Assembly (NCBI RefSeq): GCF_036507355.1
Contig: NZ_AP027877.1
Length of the DNA stretch: 64,000 nucleotides
Source: Escherichia coli
Lineage (GTDB): Bacteria; Pseudomonadota; Gammaproteobacteria; Enterobacterales; Enterobacteriaceae
Strand: one strand, 5' to 3'
The notes beneath the pieces were generated by a model. It searched no databases. It saw nothing but the letters and a program-made list of their open reading frames with translations, and was not told the origin of the DNA. Shown here in pieces: positions 39,501 through 54,705 of this stretch. Both the position numbers and the translations under genes were made by a program. Numbering within the stretch: position 1 is the first letter of the stretch; every line of letters begins with the position of its first letter.

Positions 39501-40532
39501 TTAGTCGCTGGTTGCATGATGACTTGCCTCCAGCGACGGAGTTGACACTGAATGGCGACGTACCAGCGTCGGACTAAAGACATTAGTGATTTCCGGGAGA
39601 GGGCGATTATCCGCCAGCGCCAAAGCCAGTTCGGCAGCCTGGGTCGCCATCGTCACGATTGGATAACGCACGGTGGTCAGGCGCGGTCGCACATAGCGTG
39701 ACACCAGCACATCATCAAAGCCAATTAACGAAATCTCACCTGGTACATCAATACCATTATCATTGAGCACGCCCATCGCACCCGCCGCCATTGAATCGTT
39801 ATAACAGGCTACCGCAGTGAAATTTCTTCCTCGTCCCAAAAGCTCGGTCATTGCCTGTTCGCCGCCGCTTTCGTCTGGTTCGCCAAATGTCACCAGCCGG
39901 TCATTGGCCGCAATACCACTTTCAGCAAGGGCATCGTAATACCCTTGCAGACGATCTTCGGCGTCAGAAATAGAGTGGTTAGAGCACAGATAACCAATGC
40001 GGGTATGACCTTGCTGAATTAAATGACGCGTTGCCAGCCAGGCACCGTAACGATCGTCCAGAGCAATACAACGGTTTTCAAAGCCAGGCAGGATACGGTT
40101 GATCAGCACCATACCGGGCATTTGTTTCATTAATGAGGCTAAATCGGCATCCGGGATCATTTTGGCATGGACGACCAACGCAGCACAGCGATGGCGGATC
40201 AGTTGCTCAATAGCCTGACGCTCTTTTTGTTCGTTGTGGTAACCGTTGCCAATCAATAAGAAATTACCGGTGTGATAAGCCACCTGTTCGACCGCTTTCA
40301 CCATTGCACCGAAAAACGGATCGGAAACATCACCAACGACCAGACCGACTGTTTCAGTGGTCTGCTGTGCCAGCGCACGGGCGTTGGCGTTCGGGTGATA
40401 GCTAAGAGACTCCATTGCACTATGCACAGCCAGCCGGGACGCTTCGCTGGCTTTGGGTGAATTATTAATGACGCGGGAAACGGTGGCGACTGAAACGCCT
40501 GCCAGTCGGGCTACATCCTTTATGGTCGCCAT
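39501..40532 (-). CDS. galR: galactose operon repressor GalR (LacI family)
   Basis: 343 aa; N-terminal HTH MATIKDVARLAGVSVATVSRVIN. Confidence 0.92.
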   Translation of the reverse strand: MATIKDVARLAGVSVATVSRVINNSPKASEASRLAVHSAMESLSYHPNANARALAQQTTETVGLVVGDVSDPFFGAMVKAVEQVAYHTGNFLLIGNGYHNEQKERQAIEQLIRHRCAALVVHAKMIPDADLASLMKQMPGMVLINRILPGFENRCIALDDRYGAWLATRHLIQQGHTRIGYLCSNHSISDAEDRLQGYYDALAESGIAANDRLVTFGEPDESGGEQAMTELLGRGRNFTAVACYNDSMAAGAMGVLNDNGIDVPGEISLIGFDDVLVSRYVRPRLTTVRYPIVTMATQAAELALALADNRPLPEITNVFSPTLVRRHSVSTPSLEASHHATSD

Positions 40533-40746
40533 GAAAATACCTTAGTGGGTAAACGCTTACATTCTTTCAGTGTTACGGAAAACGCCCGTTGGTTCAAGGG
40601 GCGGTGTGTTTTCATCAGTGGGAATGTGAGCCAAACGCAAATAAGTAAGACAAAAAAAGAGATTGCAAACCTTTGGTTACACTTTGCGAAACGCTGTTGC
40701 GATTGACCGCTGGTGGCGTTTGGCTTCAGGTTGCTAAAGTGGTGAT

Positions 40747-40828
40747 CCCAGAGGTATTGATAGGTGAAGTCAACTTCGGGTTGAGCACATGAATTACACC
40801 AGCCTGCGCAGATGCGCAGGTTTTTTTT
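40747..40828 (+). ncRNA. omrB: small regulatory RNA OmrB
   Basis: CCCAGAGGTATTGATAGGTGAAGTCAACTTCGGGTTGAGC... ending in the CCTGCGCAGATGCGCAGG-T9 terminator; galR-aas intergenic location. Confidence 0.85.
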
Positions 40829-40943
40829 TGCCGGTCATCAATCTGTAACAGTAACCGACAATTTACACACCTCGTTGCATTTCCCTTCATTCCTTTGCGT
40901 TTTCTCGCTGGCGAAGAGTCGTCGTGCAGACCACAATCAAGAT

Positions 40944-41031
40944 CCCAGAGGTATTGATTGGTGAGATTATTCGGTACGCTCTTCGTACCCTGTCTCTTGC
41001 ACCAACCTGCGCGGATGCGCAGGTTTTTTTT
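40944..41031 (+). ncRNA. omrA: small regulatory RNA OmrA
   Basis: CCCAGAGGTATTGATTGGTGAGATTATTCGGTACGCTCTTCGTACC... with CCTGCGCGGATGCGCAGG-T8 terminator; tandem with omrB and sharing the 5' seed. Confidence 0.85.
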
Positions 41032-41097
41032 CGCACCTAATTTACTGTCGCTCGCGTTCTTTATCTCGTGTAATCTCCCTCCATTCGCTTTTACTGA

Positions 41098-44464
<3,367 letters not shown>

Positions 44465-44467
44465 TAT

Positions 44468-44494
44468 TTAACGCCGGTTTTAACCGGCGTTAAT
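44468..44494. terminator. bidirectional terminator between lplT and tas
   Basis: TTAACGCCGGTT-TTAACCGGCGTTAA palindrome. Confidence 0.6.
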
Positions 44495-44496
44495 CT

Positions 44497-45537
44497 TTAT
44501 GGTGCCGGATAAGTATAAACCTGATGTACCGCTTCAATTTCAGCTAATACGTCTTCGCTTAACTCCAGATGTAAACTTTCGACGTTAGTTTTCAGCTGCT
44601 CCATCGTGGTTGCGCCCAGCAGAGTGCTGGCAACAAACGGTTGACGGCGTACAAAAGCGAGCGCCATCTGAGCAGGATCCAGTCCATGACGTCTGGCAAT
44701 ATCAACATACGCCGCGACGGCTTTTTGCGTTTGCTCACCGCTATAGCGGGTGAACCGACTAAAGAGCGTATTACGTGCGCCAGCGGGTTTTGCACCGTTG
44801 AGATATTTCCCGGTCAGCGTGCCGAAACCCAGGCACGAATAGGCCAGCAGTTCGACCCCTTCATACTGGCTGACTTCTGCCAGACCTACTTCAAAACTGC
44901 GGTTTAACAGACTGTAAGGGTTCTGAATGGTGACAATACGCGGCAGATCGTGTTTGTCCGCCAGATGCAGGTAGCGCATTACGCCAAATGCAGTTTCGTT
45001 CGACACGCCGATATAACGAATTTTTCCCGCTCGTTGGTACTCTGCCAGTGCGTCCAGCGTATCCAGCAGCGAAACCGCAGGCGCAGAATCTGTCCAGCTA
45101 TAACCGAGTTTGCCGAAGCAGTTGGTTGGGCGCTGCGGCCAGTGCACCTGATAAAGATCGAGGTAATCAGTCTGCAGACGCTTGAGGCTGTCATGCAGCG
45201 CTTCGCGGATATTCTTCCGATCCAGCGCCTGATCCGGGCGGATGCCCTTGTCATTATTGCGCGACGGTCCGCTCACTTTGGAGGCGATAATTAACTTTTC
45301 GCGGCTGCCATGTTTCGCCAGCCAGTTGCCGACGTAGGTTTCGGTTAACCCTTGCGTTTCGGGGCGCGGAGGTACTGGGTACATTTCGGCAACGTCGATA
45401 AGGTTAATGCCCTGAGCGACGGCATAGTCGAGTTGTGCGTGGGCGTCGGCTTCGCTGTTCTGTTCACCAAACGTCATCGTGCCAAGCCCCAGCGTGCTGA
45501 CTTCCAGCGAACTGTGGGGTATACGGTGATATTGCAT
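44497..45537 (-). CDS. tas: aldo-keto reductase Tas
   Basis: 346-aa AKR-family protein. Confidence 0.9.
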   Translation of the reverse strand: MQYHRIPHSSLEVSTLGLGTMTFGEQNSEADAHAQLDYAVAQGINLIDVAEMYPVPPRPETQGLTETYVGNWLAKHGSREKLIIASKVSGPSRNNDKGIRPDQALDRKNIREALHDSLKRLQTDYLDLYQVHWPQRPTNCFGKLGYSWTDSAPAVSLLDTLDALAEYQRAGKIRYIGVSNETAFGVMRYLHLADKHDLPRIVTIQNPYSLLNRSFEVGLAEVSQYEGVELLAYSCLGFGTLTGKYLNGAKPAGARNTLFSRFTRYSGEQTQKAVAAYVDIARRHGLDPAQMALAFVRRQPFVASTLLGATTMEQLKTNVESLHLELSEDVLAEIEAVHQVYTYPAP

Positions 45538-45644
45538 AGCCGTTTCCTTTTTATAATCACGACATAAGGAATATAAAAATGGCAGAGGGAAGGGAAAAGG
45601 GAAAGAGAAAAATCTTAAGGCCAGCCGGATGCTGACCTTATTTG

Positions 45645-45863
45645 TTAACGTTCAATTATTTGCGAAACATCATCACGATTAATTTGCATCGCGTTACCTT
45701 GCTGATCGTGATAACTCACCAGCCCGGTATCATCATCAATTTCAGGTTTTCCATCGGTCAAAATCATACGGCCATCTTTGGTCGCCATGACGTAATCACT
45801 GGAACACCCGGAAACAGCAAACGCCAGTCCGACTGCAGAAATCATTACTGCCCATTTTTTCAT
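45645..45863 (-). CDS. ygdR: small lipoprotein YgdR
   Basis: 72 aa with signal peptide and lipobox (AVSGC). Confidence 0.85.
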   Translation of the reverse strand: MKKWAVMISAVGLAFAVSGCSSDYVMATKDGRMILTDGKPEIDDDTGLVSYHDQQGNAMQINRDDVSQIIER

Positions 45864-46000
45864 CCGGTTATCCTCATTTGGCCCACCTATGATAATAGTC
45901 TGTTTATAAACTGACGTTATATATCTTGAAAGCAGGAAAATCTTAAACTGTGAGGGTAACAGGAGTGAGTACGCCCTCCCGCAGGAGAGCGTACGGAGTA

Positions 46001-46714
46001 TCAGAGCGGGTTCTTTTTGTTGCGAATCAGGTTGAGGCTTTCAACCGCAATAGAGAAGAACATCGCGAAGTAGATGTAACCTTTCGGTACGTGGATGTCG
46101 AAACTTTCCAGAATCAGGGTAAAGCCCACCAGAATCAGGAAAGAGAGCGCCAGCATTTTTACCGAAGGATGGCGCTCGACAAAATCACCAATCGAGCGCG
46201 CGGCGAACATCATCACGCCTACGGCAATCACCACGGCGGCCATCATAATAAACAGGTGATCTGACAGACCCACAGCGGTAATCACCGAGTCGAGGCTGAA
46301 GATAATATCCAGCAGCATAATCTGCACGATAGCGCCGAGGAATGATGAAACGCGTGTTTTCAGCCCTTCTTCTTCACCTTCAATGGATTCGTGGATTTCC
46401 TTGCTGGCTTTCCAGATAAGGAACAAGCCACCCAGAAGCAGAATCAAATCACGGGCGGAAATTTCCTGACTGAATATTGTAAAAAGCGGATTCGTCAGGC
46501 GCGTAACCCAGGCGATTGATGCCAGCAGCGCCAGACGCATAACCATGGCTCCCGCCAACCCCAGACGGCGCGCATGAGCACGTTGTGCTGTGGGGAGCTT
46601 TGCCACCACCAGAGAAAGGAAAATAATATTGTCGATCCCAAGAACGATCTCTAGCAGCGTCAGCGTACCGAGCGCAAGCCAGGCGTTAGGATCGGTTATC
46701 CATGCAAATAACAT
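46001..46714 (-). CDS. ygdQ: TerC-family inner membrane protein YgdQ
   Basis: 237-aa polytopic membrane protein. Confidence 0.85.
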   Translation of the reverse strand: MLFAWITDPNAWLALGTLTLLEIVLGIDNIIFLSLVVAKLPTAQRAHARRLGLAGAMVMRLALLASIAWVTRLTNPLFTIFSQEISARDLILLLGGLFLIWKASKEIHESIEGEEEGLKTRVSSFLGAIVQIMLLDIIFSLDSVITAVGLSDHLFIMMAAVVIAVGVMMFAARSIGDFVERHPSVKMLALSFLILVGFTLILESFDIHVPKGYIYFAMFFSIAVESLNLIRNKKNPL

Positions 46715-46782
46715 CTAAAAAGCCCTGCCAAAAAAATGAAGCGGTAATTATATGCCCGGAAAGCGGCAGGTCAAAGCGATGG

Positions 46783-47472
46783 CTACTGGATCAGAAAATG
46801 ACGGGCCAGCAGCGCACTGGTGAAATTTTTCTTCAAATAAAAGCCGCGCGGCAGCGTCAGAATCCGTTCGCCCCGGGAACCAATGGCTTCGGTAAGCGCT
46901 TTCGCATTCGCTGCTTTCGGTCGTATCTGTAAATATTCCCCGTGACGAGCGGTAATCCGCTCAACCTGACCGAGAACAATCATATCCATTAATTCTTCCC
47001 AGTCTTCGCGTAGCTGCCGGTCTTCCTCTTCATTCGGGCTCCACAGTAACGGTGATCCTATGCGACGCTGCGCCAGCGGGATGCTGCGCTCGCCTTCAAC
47101 CGGTATCCACAGTACGCGTTTGAGCTTGTGGCGTACGTGGCTGGTTTCCCAGGTCACCCCGCTATTACCCGTTAACGGGGCAACACAAACGAATGTTGTT
47201 TCCAGCGGACGACCAAGACTATCCACAGGGATAGTTTTAAGTTCCACGCCCAGAGCAGCAAAATCTTGCTCAGGTTTACTCCCTGCGCTGGCACCTAGCC
47301 AGATCTCCAGTAACACGCCAATCCAGCCTTTATCGCGTTTTAAATTCTCTGGCGTAACCAGCCCGGCAAGTGCCGCCAGTTCTCCCAATGTATAACCAGA
47401 AAGTTGCTGTGCTTGCGCTAACAACTGTTCTTCAGTTTCGGGAGGAGAGAGCAGTGGGCGAGGTTGGGACAT
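46783..47472 (-). CDS. mutH: DNA mismatch repair endonuclease MutH
   Basis: 229 aa; [33 protein letters not shown] typical of MutH. Confidence 0.95.
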   Translation of the reverse strand: MSQPRPLLSPPETEEQLLAQAQQLSGYTLGELAALAGLVTPENLKRDKGWIGVLLEIWLGASAGSKPEQDFAALGVELKTIPVDSLGRPLETTFVCVAPLTGNSGVTWETSHVRHKLKRVLWIPVEGERSIPLAQRRIGSPLLWSPNEEEDRQLREDWEELMDMIVLGQVERITARHGEYLQIRPKAANAKALTEAIGSRGERILTLPRGFYLKKNFTSALLARHFLIQ

Positions 47473-48156
47473 GTCATGATACCTTGGTTAAAAAACAAAC
47501 AGCAATTATGTGCCGAATATTCGCAGTGTAACTTTTTCCACATGCGTTGTTCAATTCTCTGATTTATATTGCTTTTTAGGTTGCCGGTAATCGAGTTGCG
47601 CAACACTGCAACGGGTTTTCCAAATCTGGTCACTGAAAATAAACAGGATCTTACACCATGTTATCCACAGAAAGCTGGGATAACTGTGAAAAACCTCCAC
47701 TACTGTTTCCATTTACAGCCTTGACGTGCGACGAAACTCCAGTTTTTAGTGGTTCAGTGCTTAACTTAGTGGCACATTCTGTGGATAAATACGGCATTGG
47801 TTGATCTTTCGCCAACCCGTAAAAGAGAGGTGTGACCTGGGTCACGAATTACTCTTTTTCATTACTTAAATTACATGTAATGCATTGACTGATAATGAAT
47901 ATTTTAAAATGTCTATATCGGGCTTATTCAGAATGCTCCGGGTTTTCCCGTAGTAATTCCGTAGTTCTTCACAACTCTATCCACAGAAAAGGTGAATAAA
48001 AACGGCTATCCACCCCTTCCTCTGTTTATAACTCTGCACATAACTGTGAGTTATTCAATTGTTATTAGTGTGTAATGCTCTGCAGAGAGTGGTTTACCGT
48101 CTTCCTGGAGTATGAAACAATCATTCGTATATAAAGCTTTATATTGAGGTAGTCCG

Positions 48157-48687
48157 GTGATTGATGACGATGGCTACCGCCCAAACGTAGGTATCGTGAT
48201 TTGTAATCGCCAGGGGCAGGTAATGTGGGCCCGGCGATTTGGTCAGCACTCCTGGCAATTTCCGCAAGGCGGAATTAACCCCGGAGAATCCGCAGAGCAG
48301 GCGATGTACCGTGAATTGTTTGAAGAAGTAGGATTAAGCCGCAAAGACGTTCGAATCCTTGCTTCAACGCGTAACTGGTTGCGCTACAAATTACCGAAAC
48401 GTTTGGTGCGTTGGGACACGAAGCCGGTTTGTATCGGCCAAAAACAAAAATGGTTTCTCTTGCAGCTGGTGAGCGGCGATGCAGAAATCAATATGCAAAC
48501 CAGCAGTACACCAGAGTTTGACGGCTGGCGATGGGTAAGTTACTGGTATCCGGTCAGACAGGTGGTGTCATTTAAACGTGATGTCTACCGTAGGGTAATG
48601 AAAGAGTTCGCGAGTGTGGTGATGTCACTGCAGGAAAATACGCCAAAACCACAAAACGCATCTGCTTATCGACGTAAAAGAGGTTAA
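48157..48687 (+). CDS. rppH: RNA pyrophosphohydrolase (Nudix)
   Basis: 176 aa with Nudix box ([22 protein letters not shown]). Confidence 0.93.
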
Positions 48688-48699
48688 GTCACGCCAATT

Positions 48700-50946
48700 A
48701 TGCTCACTCGCCTGCGCGAAATAGTCGAAAAGGTAGCCAGCGCACCACGCCTGAATGAGGCGTTAAATATTCTGGTTACCGACATCTGTCTTGCGATGGA
48801 TACCGAGGTCTGTTCGGTCTACCTGGCCGATCATGATCGACGTTGTTACTACCTGATGGCGACCCGGGGGCTGAAAAAACCACGCGGTCGCACTGTAACG
48901 CTTGCGTTTGATGAAGGGATCGTCGGCCTGGTTGGCAGGCTGGCGGAACCGATAAACCTTGCAGATGCGCAAAAGCACCCCAGCTTCAAATACATCCCCT
49001 CCGTAAAAGAAGAACGTTTCCGCGCGTTTTTAGGCGTACCAATTATTCAACGTCGCCAGTTGCTTGGTGTACTGGTGGTACAGCAACGAGAGTTGCGCCA
49101 GTATGACGAAAGTGAAGAATCCTTCCTGGTGACGCTTGCCACCCAGATGGCAGCTATTCTTTCTCAGTCGCAGTTGACTGCCTTGTTTGGGCAATATCGC
49201 CAGACGCGAATCCGCGCATTACCGGCAGCACCTGGTGTGGCGATTGCCGAAGGCTGGCAGGATGCCACGTTACCTTTAATGGAACAGGTGTATCAGGCAT
49301 CAACGCTGGATCCGGCTCTGGAACGCGAACGACTGACCGGGGCGCTGGAAGAAGCGGCAAACGAGTTTCGCCGCTACAGCAAACGCTTTGCCGCCGGAGC
49401 ACAAAAAGAAACGGCGGCTATTTTCGATCTTTACTCGCACCTGCTTTCGGACACCCGGCTGCGTCGCGAATTGTTTGCCGAGGTTGATAAAGGCTCGGTG
49501 GCAGAGTGGGCGGTAAAAACGGTCATTGAAAAATTTGCCGAACAGTTTGCCGCGCTAAGCGATAACTATCTCAAAGAGCGGGCTGGCGATTTACGTGCGC
49601 TGGGTCAGCGATTGCTGTTTCATCTTGATGACGCTAATCAAGGGCCGAACGCCTGGCCGGAACGTTTCATTCTGGTGGCAGATGAACTGTCAGCGACAAC
49701 TCTTGCTGAGCTGCCCCAGGATCGCTTAGTCGGTGTTGTCGTGCGAGATGGCGCAGCCAACTCCCATGCTGCGATCATGGTACGTGCGCTGGGGATCCCT
49801 ACCGTGATGGGCGCGGATATTCAGCCTTCGGTGCTGCATCGTCGGACGCTGATCGTCGATGGTTATCGCGGTGAATTGCTGGTCGATCCGGAGCCGGTAC
49901 TGCTGCAAGAATATCAGCGGCTAATTAGTGAAGAGATTGAGCTTAGCCGTCTGGCGGAAGATGACGTCAATTTACCCGCGCAGTTAAAAAGTGGCGAGCG
50001 TATAAAAGTCATGCTCAATGCCGGTTTAAGCCCGGAACATGAAGAAAAACTGGGTAGCCGTATTGATGGCATCGGTCTTTATCGCACTGAAATCCCATTC
50101 ATGCTGCAAAGTGGTTTCCCGTCGGAAGAAGAACAGGTGGCGCAGTATCAGGGGATGCTGCAAATGTTCAATGATAAACCCGTCACCTTGCGTACGCTGG
50201 ATGTCGGAGCAGATAAGCAGCTGCCTTACATGCCGATCAGCGAAGAGAATCCATGCCTGGGTTGGCGTGGGATTCGCATTACGCTCGATCAGCCGGAGAT
50301 CTTCTTGATCCAGGTGCGGGCGATGCTGCGTGCTAATGCCGCTACGGGCAACCTGAATATTCTGTTGCCGATGGTCACAAGCCTCGATGAAGTTGACGAA
50401 GCACGCCGCCTGATTGAACGTGCCGGACGTGAAGTCGAGGAGATGATCGGTTACGAAATTCCCAAACCACGTATCGGCATCATGCTGGAAGTGCCGTCAA
50501 TGGTATTTATGCTGCCGCATCTGGCAAAGCGGGTCGATTTCATCTCTGTTGGCACCAACGATCTGACTCAATACATTCTGGCCGTTGATCGCAACAATAC
50601 CCGGGTGGCGAACATTTATGACAGTCTTCATCCTGCAATGTTACGAGCTCTGGCGATGATCGCCCGGGAAGCGGAAATACATGGAATCGATCTCCGTTTG
50701 TGCGGTGAAATGGCGGGCGATCCCATGTGCGTGGCAATCCTCATTGGGCTTGGGTATCGCCATCTGTCTATGAACGGACGTTCTGTAGCGCGGGTAAAAT
50801 ACCTGCTGCGGCGCATTGATTTTGCCGAAGCAGAAAATCTTGCGCAGCGTAGTCTGGAAGCGCAACTGGCGACCGAAGTTCGCCATCAGGTTGCAGCCTT
50901 TATGGAGCGTCGCGGCATGGGCGGGTTGATTCGCGGAGGGTTATAG
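48700..50946 (+). CDS. ptsP: phosphoenolpyruvate-protein phosphotransferase PtsP (enzyme I-Ntr)
   Basis: 748 aa; N-terminal GAF domain plus enzyme I domains. Confidence 0.93.
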   Translation: MLTRLREIVEKVASAPRLNEALNILVTDICLAMDTEVCSVYLADHDRRCYYLMATRGLKKPRGRTVTLAFDEGIVGLVGRLAEPINLADAQKHPSFKYIPSVKEERFRAFLGVPIIQRRQLLGVLVVQQRELRQYDESEESFLVTLATQMAAILSQSQLTALFGQYRQTRIRALPAAPGVAIAEGWQDATLPLMEQVYQASTLDPALERERLTGALEEAANEFRRYSKRFAAGAQKETAAIFDLYSHLLSDTRLRRELFAEVDKGSVAEWAVKTVIEKFAEQFAALSDNYLKERAGDLRALGQRLLFHLDDANQGPNAWPERFILVADELSATTLAELPQDRLVGVVVRDGAANSHAAIMVRALGIPTVMGADIQPSVLHRRTLIVDGYRGELLVDPEPVLLQEYQRLISEEIELSRLAEDDVNLPAQLKSGERIKVMLNAGLSPEHEEKLGSRIDGIGLYRTEIPFMLQSGFPSEEEQVAQYQGMLQMFNDKPVTLRTLDVGADKQLPYMPISEENPCLGWRGIRITLDQPEIFLIQVRAMLRANAATGNLNILLPMVTSLDEVDEARRLIERAGREVEEMIGYEIPKPRIGIMLEVPSMVFMLPHLAKRVDFISVGTNDLTQYILAVDRNNTRVANIYDSLHPAMLRALAMIAREAEIHGIDLRLCGEMAGDPMCVAILIGLGYRHLSMNGRSVARVKYLLRRIDFAEAENLAQRSLEAQLATEVRHQVAAFMERRGMGGLIRGGL

Positions 50947-51096
50947 CGCGGATCATATACATATCTTTTAACGGTATCCGGCAACCAGCCAGGTCCCCTT
51001 GTGCTATTATTCGCACCTTTGGAGCGCCTGAAACCTGCGGCGCGCATTTCAATCGCTGTTCTCTTTCAGCGAAATAACAAGAACTTGTGGTGACAG

Positions 51097-51972
51097 ATGA
51101 CCAGTAGCTATCTGCATTTTCCGGAGTTTGATCCGGTCATTTTCTCAATAGGACCCGTGGCGCTTCACTGGTACGGCCTGATGTATCTGGTGGGTTTCAT
51201 TTTTGCAATGTGGCTGGCAACACGTCGGGCGAATCGTCCGGGCAGCGGCTGGACCAAAAATGAAGTTGAAAACTTACTCTATGCGGGCTTCCTCGGCGTC
51301 TTCCTCGGGGGACGTATTGGTTATGTTCTGTTCTACAATTTCCCGCAGTTTATGGCCGATCCGCTGTATCTGTTCCGTGTCTGGGACGGCGGCATGTCCT
51401 TCCACGGCGGCCTGATTGGCGTTATCGTGGTGATGATTATCTTCGCCCGCCGTACTAAACGTTCCTTCTTCCAGGTTTCTGATTTTATCGCACCACTCAT
51501 TCCGTTTGGTCTTGGTGCCGGGCGTCTGGGCAACTTTATTAACGGTGAATTGTGGGGCCGCGTTGACCCGAACTTCCCGTTTGCCATGCTGTTCCCAGGC
51601 TCCCGTACAGAAGATATTTTGCTGCTGCAAACCAACCCGCAGTGGCAATCCATTTTCGACACTTACGGTGTGCTGCCGCGCCACCCATCACAGCTTTACG
51701 AACTGCTGCTGGAAGGTGTGGTGCTGTTTATTATCCTCAACCTGTATATTCGTAAACCGCGCCCAATGGGAGCTGTCTCAGGCTTGTTCCTGATTGGCTA
51801 CGGCGCGTTTCGCATCATTGTTGAGTTTTTCCGCCAGCCCGACGCGCAGTTTACCGGTGCCTGGGTGCAGTACATCAGCATGGGGCAAATTCTTTCCATC
51901 CCGATGATTGTCGCGGGTGTGATCATGATGGTCTGGGCATATCGTCGCAGCCCACAGCAACACGTTTCCTGA
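51097..51972 (+). CDS. lgt: prolipoprotein diacylglyceryl transferase
   Basis: 291-aa membrane protein with Lgt signature region. Confidence 0.93.
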
Positions 51973-51978
51973 GGAACC

Positions 51979-52773
51979 ATGAAACAGTATTTAGAACTGA
52001 TGCAAAAAGTGCTCGACGAAGGCACACAGAAAAACGACCGTACCGGAACCGGAACGCTTTCCATTTTTGGTCATCAGATGCGTTTTAACCTGCAGGATGG
52101 ATTCCCGCTGGTGACAACTAAACGTTGCCACCTGCGTTCCATCATCCATGAACTGCTGTGGTTTCTGCAGGGCGACACTAACATTGCTTATCTACACGAA
52201 AACAATGTCACCATCTGGGACGAATGGGCCGATGAAAACGGCGACCTCGGACCAGTGTATGGTAAACAGTGGCGCGCCTGGCCAACGCCAGATGGTCGTC
52301 ATATTGACCAGATCACTACGGTACTGAACCAGCTGAAAAACGACCCGGATTCCCGCCGCATTATTGTTTCAGCGTGGAACGTAGGCGAACTGGATAAAAT
52401 GGCGCTGGCACCGTGCCATGCATTCTTCCAGTTCTATGTGGCAGACGGCAAACTCTCTTGCCAGCTTTATCAGCGCTCCTGTGACGTCTTCCTCGGCCTG
52501 CCGTTCAACATTGCCAGCTACGCGTTACTGGTGCATATGATGGCGCAGCAGTGCGATCTGGAAGTGGGTGATTTTGTCTGGACCGGTGGCGATACGCACC
52601 TGTACAGCAATCATATGGATCAAACTCATCTGCAATTAAGCCGCGAACCGCGTCCGCTGCCGAAGTTGATTATCAAACGTAAACCCGAATCCATCTTCGA
52701 CTACCGTTTCGAAGACTTTGAGATTGAAGGCTACGATCCGCATCCGGGCATTAAAGCGCCGGTGGCTATCTAA
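51979..52773 (+). CDS. thyA: thymidylate synthase
   Basis: 264 aa with active-site region ([24 protein letters not shown]). Confidence 0.95.
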
Positions 52774-52793
52774 TTACGAAACATCCTGCCAGA

Positions 52794-52821
52794 GCCGACG
52801 CTAGTGTGCGTCGGTTTTTTT
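52794..52821 (+). terminator. intrinsic terminator after thyA
   Basis: CCGACGC-TAGTGT-GCGTCGG followed by T7. Confidence 0.8.
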
Positions 52822-52956
52822 ACCCTCCGTTAAATTCTTCGAGACGCCTTCCCGAAATTTTGCAACGTCCTGCAACGGCGTAAATAGTCCGGAAGATGCG
52901 CCGAAGAAATAGAAACTGGCCCTCGTCTTTTTTTCTCCTCGCTCCATACTGCCGGC

Positions 52957-53427
52957 ATGAAAACACAACGTGGTTATACGCTGATTGAAACGCTGGTCGC
53001 GATGCTGATTCTGGTCATGCTAAGCGCAAGTGGACTCTATGGCTGGCAATACTGGCAGCAGTCGCAACAGCTTTGGCAAACCGCCAGCCAGGCGCGGGAC
53101 TATTTGCTCTATTTACGTGAAGATGCCAACTGGCATAACCGCGACCACAGTATCAGTGTTATCAGGGAGGGGATGTTATGGTGCCTTGTGAGTTCCGTTG
53201 CTGGGGCGAATACCTGTCATGGCAGTTCACCATTGGTCTTTGTGCCACGCTGGCCCGAAGTCGAAATGAGCGACCTGACACCTTCGCTTGCTTTCTTTGG
53301 CCTGCGCAATACCGCATGGGCCGGGCATATTCGCTTCAAAAACACAACGGGCGAGTGGTGGCTGGTGGTTTCGCCGTGGGGAAGACTCCGGCTTTGTCAG
53401 CAAGGAGAAACAGAAGGATGCCTGTAA
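52957..53427 (+). CDS. ppdA: prepilin peptidase-dependent protein A
   Basis: 156 aa with type IV pilin-like N-terminus ([13 protein letters not shown]). Confidence 0.85.
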   Translation: MKTQRGYTLIETLVAMLILVMLSASGLYGWQYWQQSQQLWQTASQARDYLLYLREDANWHNRDHSISVIREGMLWCLVSSVAGANTCHGSSPLVFVPRWPEVEMSDLTPSLAFFGLRNTAWAGHIRFKNTTGEWWLVVSPWGRLRLCQQGETEGCL

Positions 53428-53981
53428 AAGAGCAAGGTTTTTCTCTGCTGGAAGTGTTGATTGCTATGGCGATCAGTAGCGTATTGTTGCTGGGAGCGGC
53501 ACGCTTTCTGCCTGCGTTACAGCGTGAAAGTTTAACGGGCACCCGTAAGCTGGCGCTGGAAGATGAAATCTGGCTGCGGGTATTTACCGTCGCGAAGCAT
53601 CTCCAGAGGGCGGGTTATTGTCATGGCAGCTGTACCGGCGAAGGGCTGGAAATTGTCGGACAGGGTGACTGTATCATTGTGCAGTGGGATGCGAACAGTA
53701 ACGGTATCTGGGATCGCGAACCGGTAAAAGAGTCCGACCAGATTGGATTTCGTTTGAAGGAGCATGTGCTGGAAACGCTACGCGGTGCGACATCCTGTGA
53801 AGGTAAGGGCTGGGATAAAGTCACTAATCCGGATGCCATCATTATCGACACTTTTCAGGTCGTACGTCAGGATGTCAGCGGCTTCTCGCCGGTGTTGACG
53901 GTTAATATGCGTGCTGCCAGTAAGTCTGAACCGCAAACCGTGGTGAATGCCAGCTATAGCGTGACAGGATTCAACCTGTGA
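53418..53981 (+). CDS. ppdB: prepilin peptidase-dependent protein B
   Basis: Start taken at [17 protein letters not shown] (ATG 53418, overlapping the ppdA end); the longer track ORF from 53178 is an upstream extension. Confidence 0.8.
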   Translation: MPVKEQGFSLLEVLIAMAISSVLLLGAARFLPALQRESLTGTRKLALEDEIWLRVFTVAKHLQRAGYCHGSCTGEGLEIVGQGDCIIVQWDANSNGIWDREPVKESDQIGFRLKEHVLETLRGATSCEGKGWDKVTNPDAIIIDTFQVVRQDVSGFSPVLTVNMRAASKSEPQTVVNASYSVTGFNL

Positions 53982-54385
53982 ACCGCGAAAAGGGTGTTTC
54001 GTCACTGGCTCTGGTCCTGATGCTGCTGGTTTTGGGTAGCTTGCTATTACAAGGAATGAGCCAACAGGATCGCAGTTTTGCCTCTCGCGTGAGCATGGAA
54101 AGTCAGTCATTGCGCCGCCAGGCCATCGTTCAGTCGGCGCTGGCGTGGGGAAAAATGCACTCCTGGCAGACGCAGCCAGCAGTTCAGTGCTCGCAGTACG
54201 CTGGAACCGATGCCCGGGTTTGTTTGCGTTTATTGGCAGATAATGAAGCCTTATTGATTGCCGGTTATGAAGGCGTTTCGTTGTGGCGAACAGGTGAAGT
54301 CATCGATGGAAACATTGGTTTTTCGCCACGCGGCTGGAGCGATTTTTGTCCGCTGAAAGAGGGGGCGTTATGTCAGCTTCCCTGA
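53978..54385 (+). CDS. ygdB: YgdB (DUF2509) protein
   Basis: 135-aa ORF with 4-nt overlap with ppdB; ppdAB-ygdB-ppdC-recC operon context. Confidence 0.8.
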   Translation: MNREKGVSSLALVLMLLVLGSLLLQGMSQQDRSFASRVSMESQSLRRQAIVQSALAWGKMHSWQTQPAVQCSQYAGTDARVCLRLLADNEALLIAGYEGVSLWRTGEVIDGNIGFSPRGWSDFCPLKEGALCQLP

Positions 54386-54693
54386 AGAATCAACAAGGCT
54401 TTAGCCTGCCGGAGGTAATGTTGGCGATGGTGTTGATGGTGATGATTGTCACTGCGTTATCGGGTTTCCAGCGAACATTAATGAACAGTCTTGCCAGCAG
54501 AAACCAGTACCAACAGCTCTGGCGGCATGGTTGGCAGCAAACGCAACTGCGCGCGATTTCGCCACCTGCCAACTGGCAGGTCAACCGAATGCAGACATCG
54601 CAGGCGGGATGTGTCAGCATCAGCGTTACGCTAGTTTCACCCGGGGGCAGAGAAGGCGAGATGACCCGCCTGCATTGCCCGAATCGTCAGTAG
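54370..54693 (+). CDS. ppdC: prepilin peptidase-dependent protein C
   Basis: Start taken at [20 protein letters not shown] (pilin-like N-terminus); 107 aa. Confidence 0.8.
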   Translation: MSASLKNQQGFSLPEVMLAMVLMVMIVTALSGFQRTLMNSLASRNQYQQLWRHGWQQTQLRAISPPANWQVNRMQTSQAGCVSISVTLVSPGGREGEMTRLHCPNRQ

Positions 54694-54705
54694 TCAGGAG
54701 CCGCT

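Noticed and set aside
53178-53417. Upstream 80-codon extension of ppdB in the ORF track
   Set aside because: It is out of frame within ppdA coding sequence; the pilin-like N-terminus starts at ATG 53418
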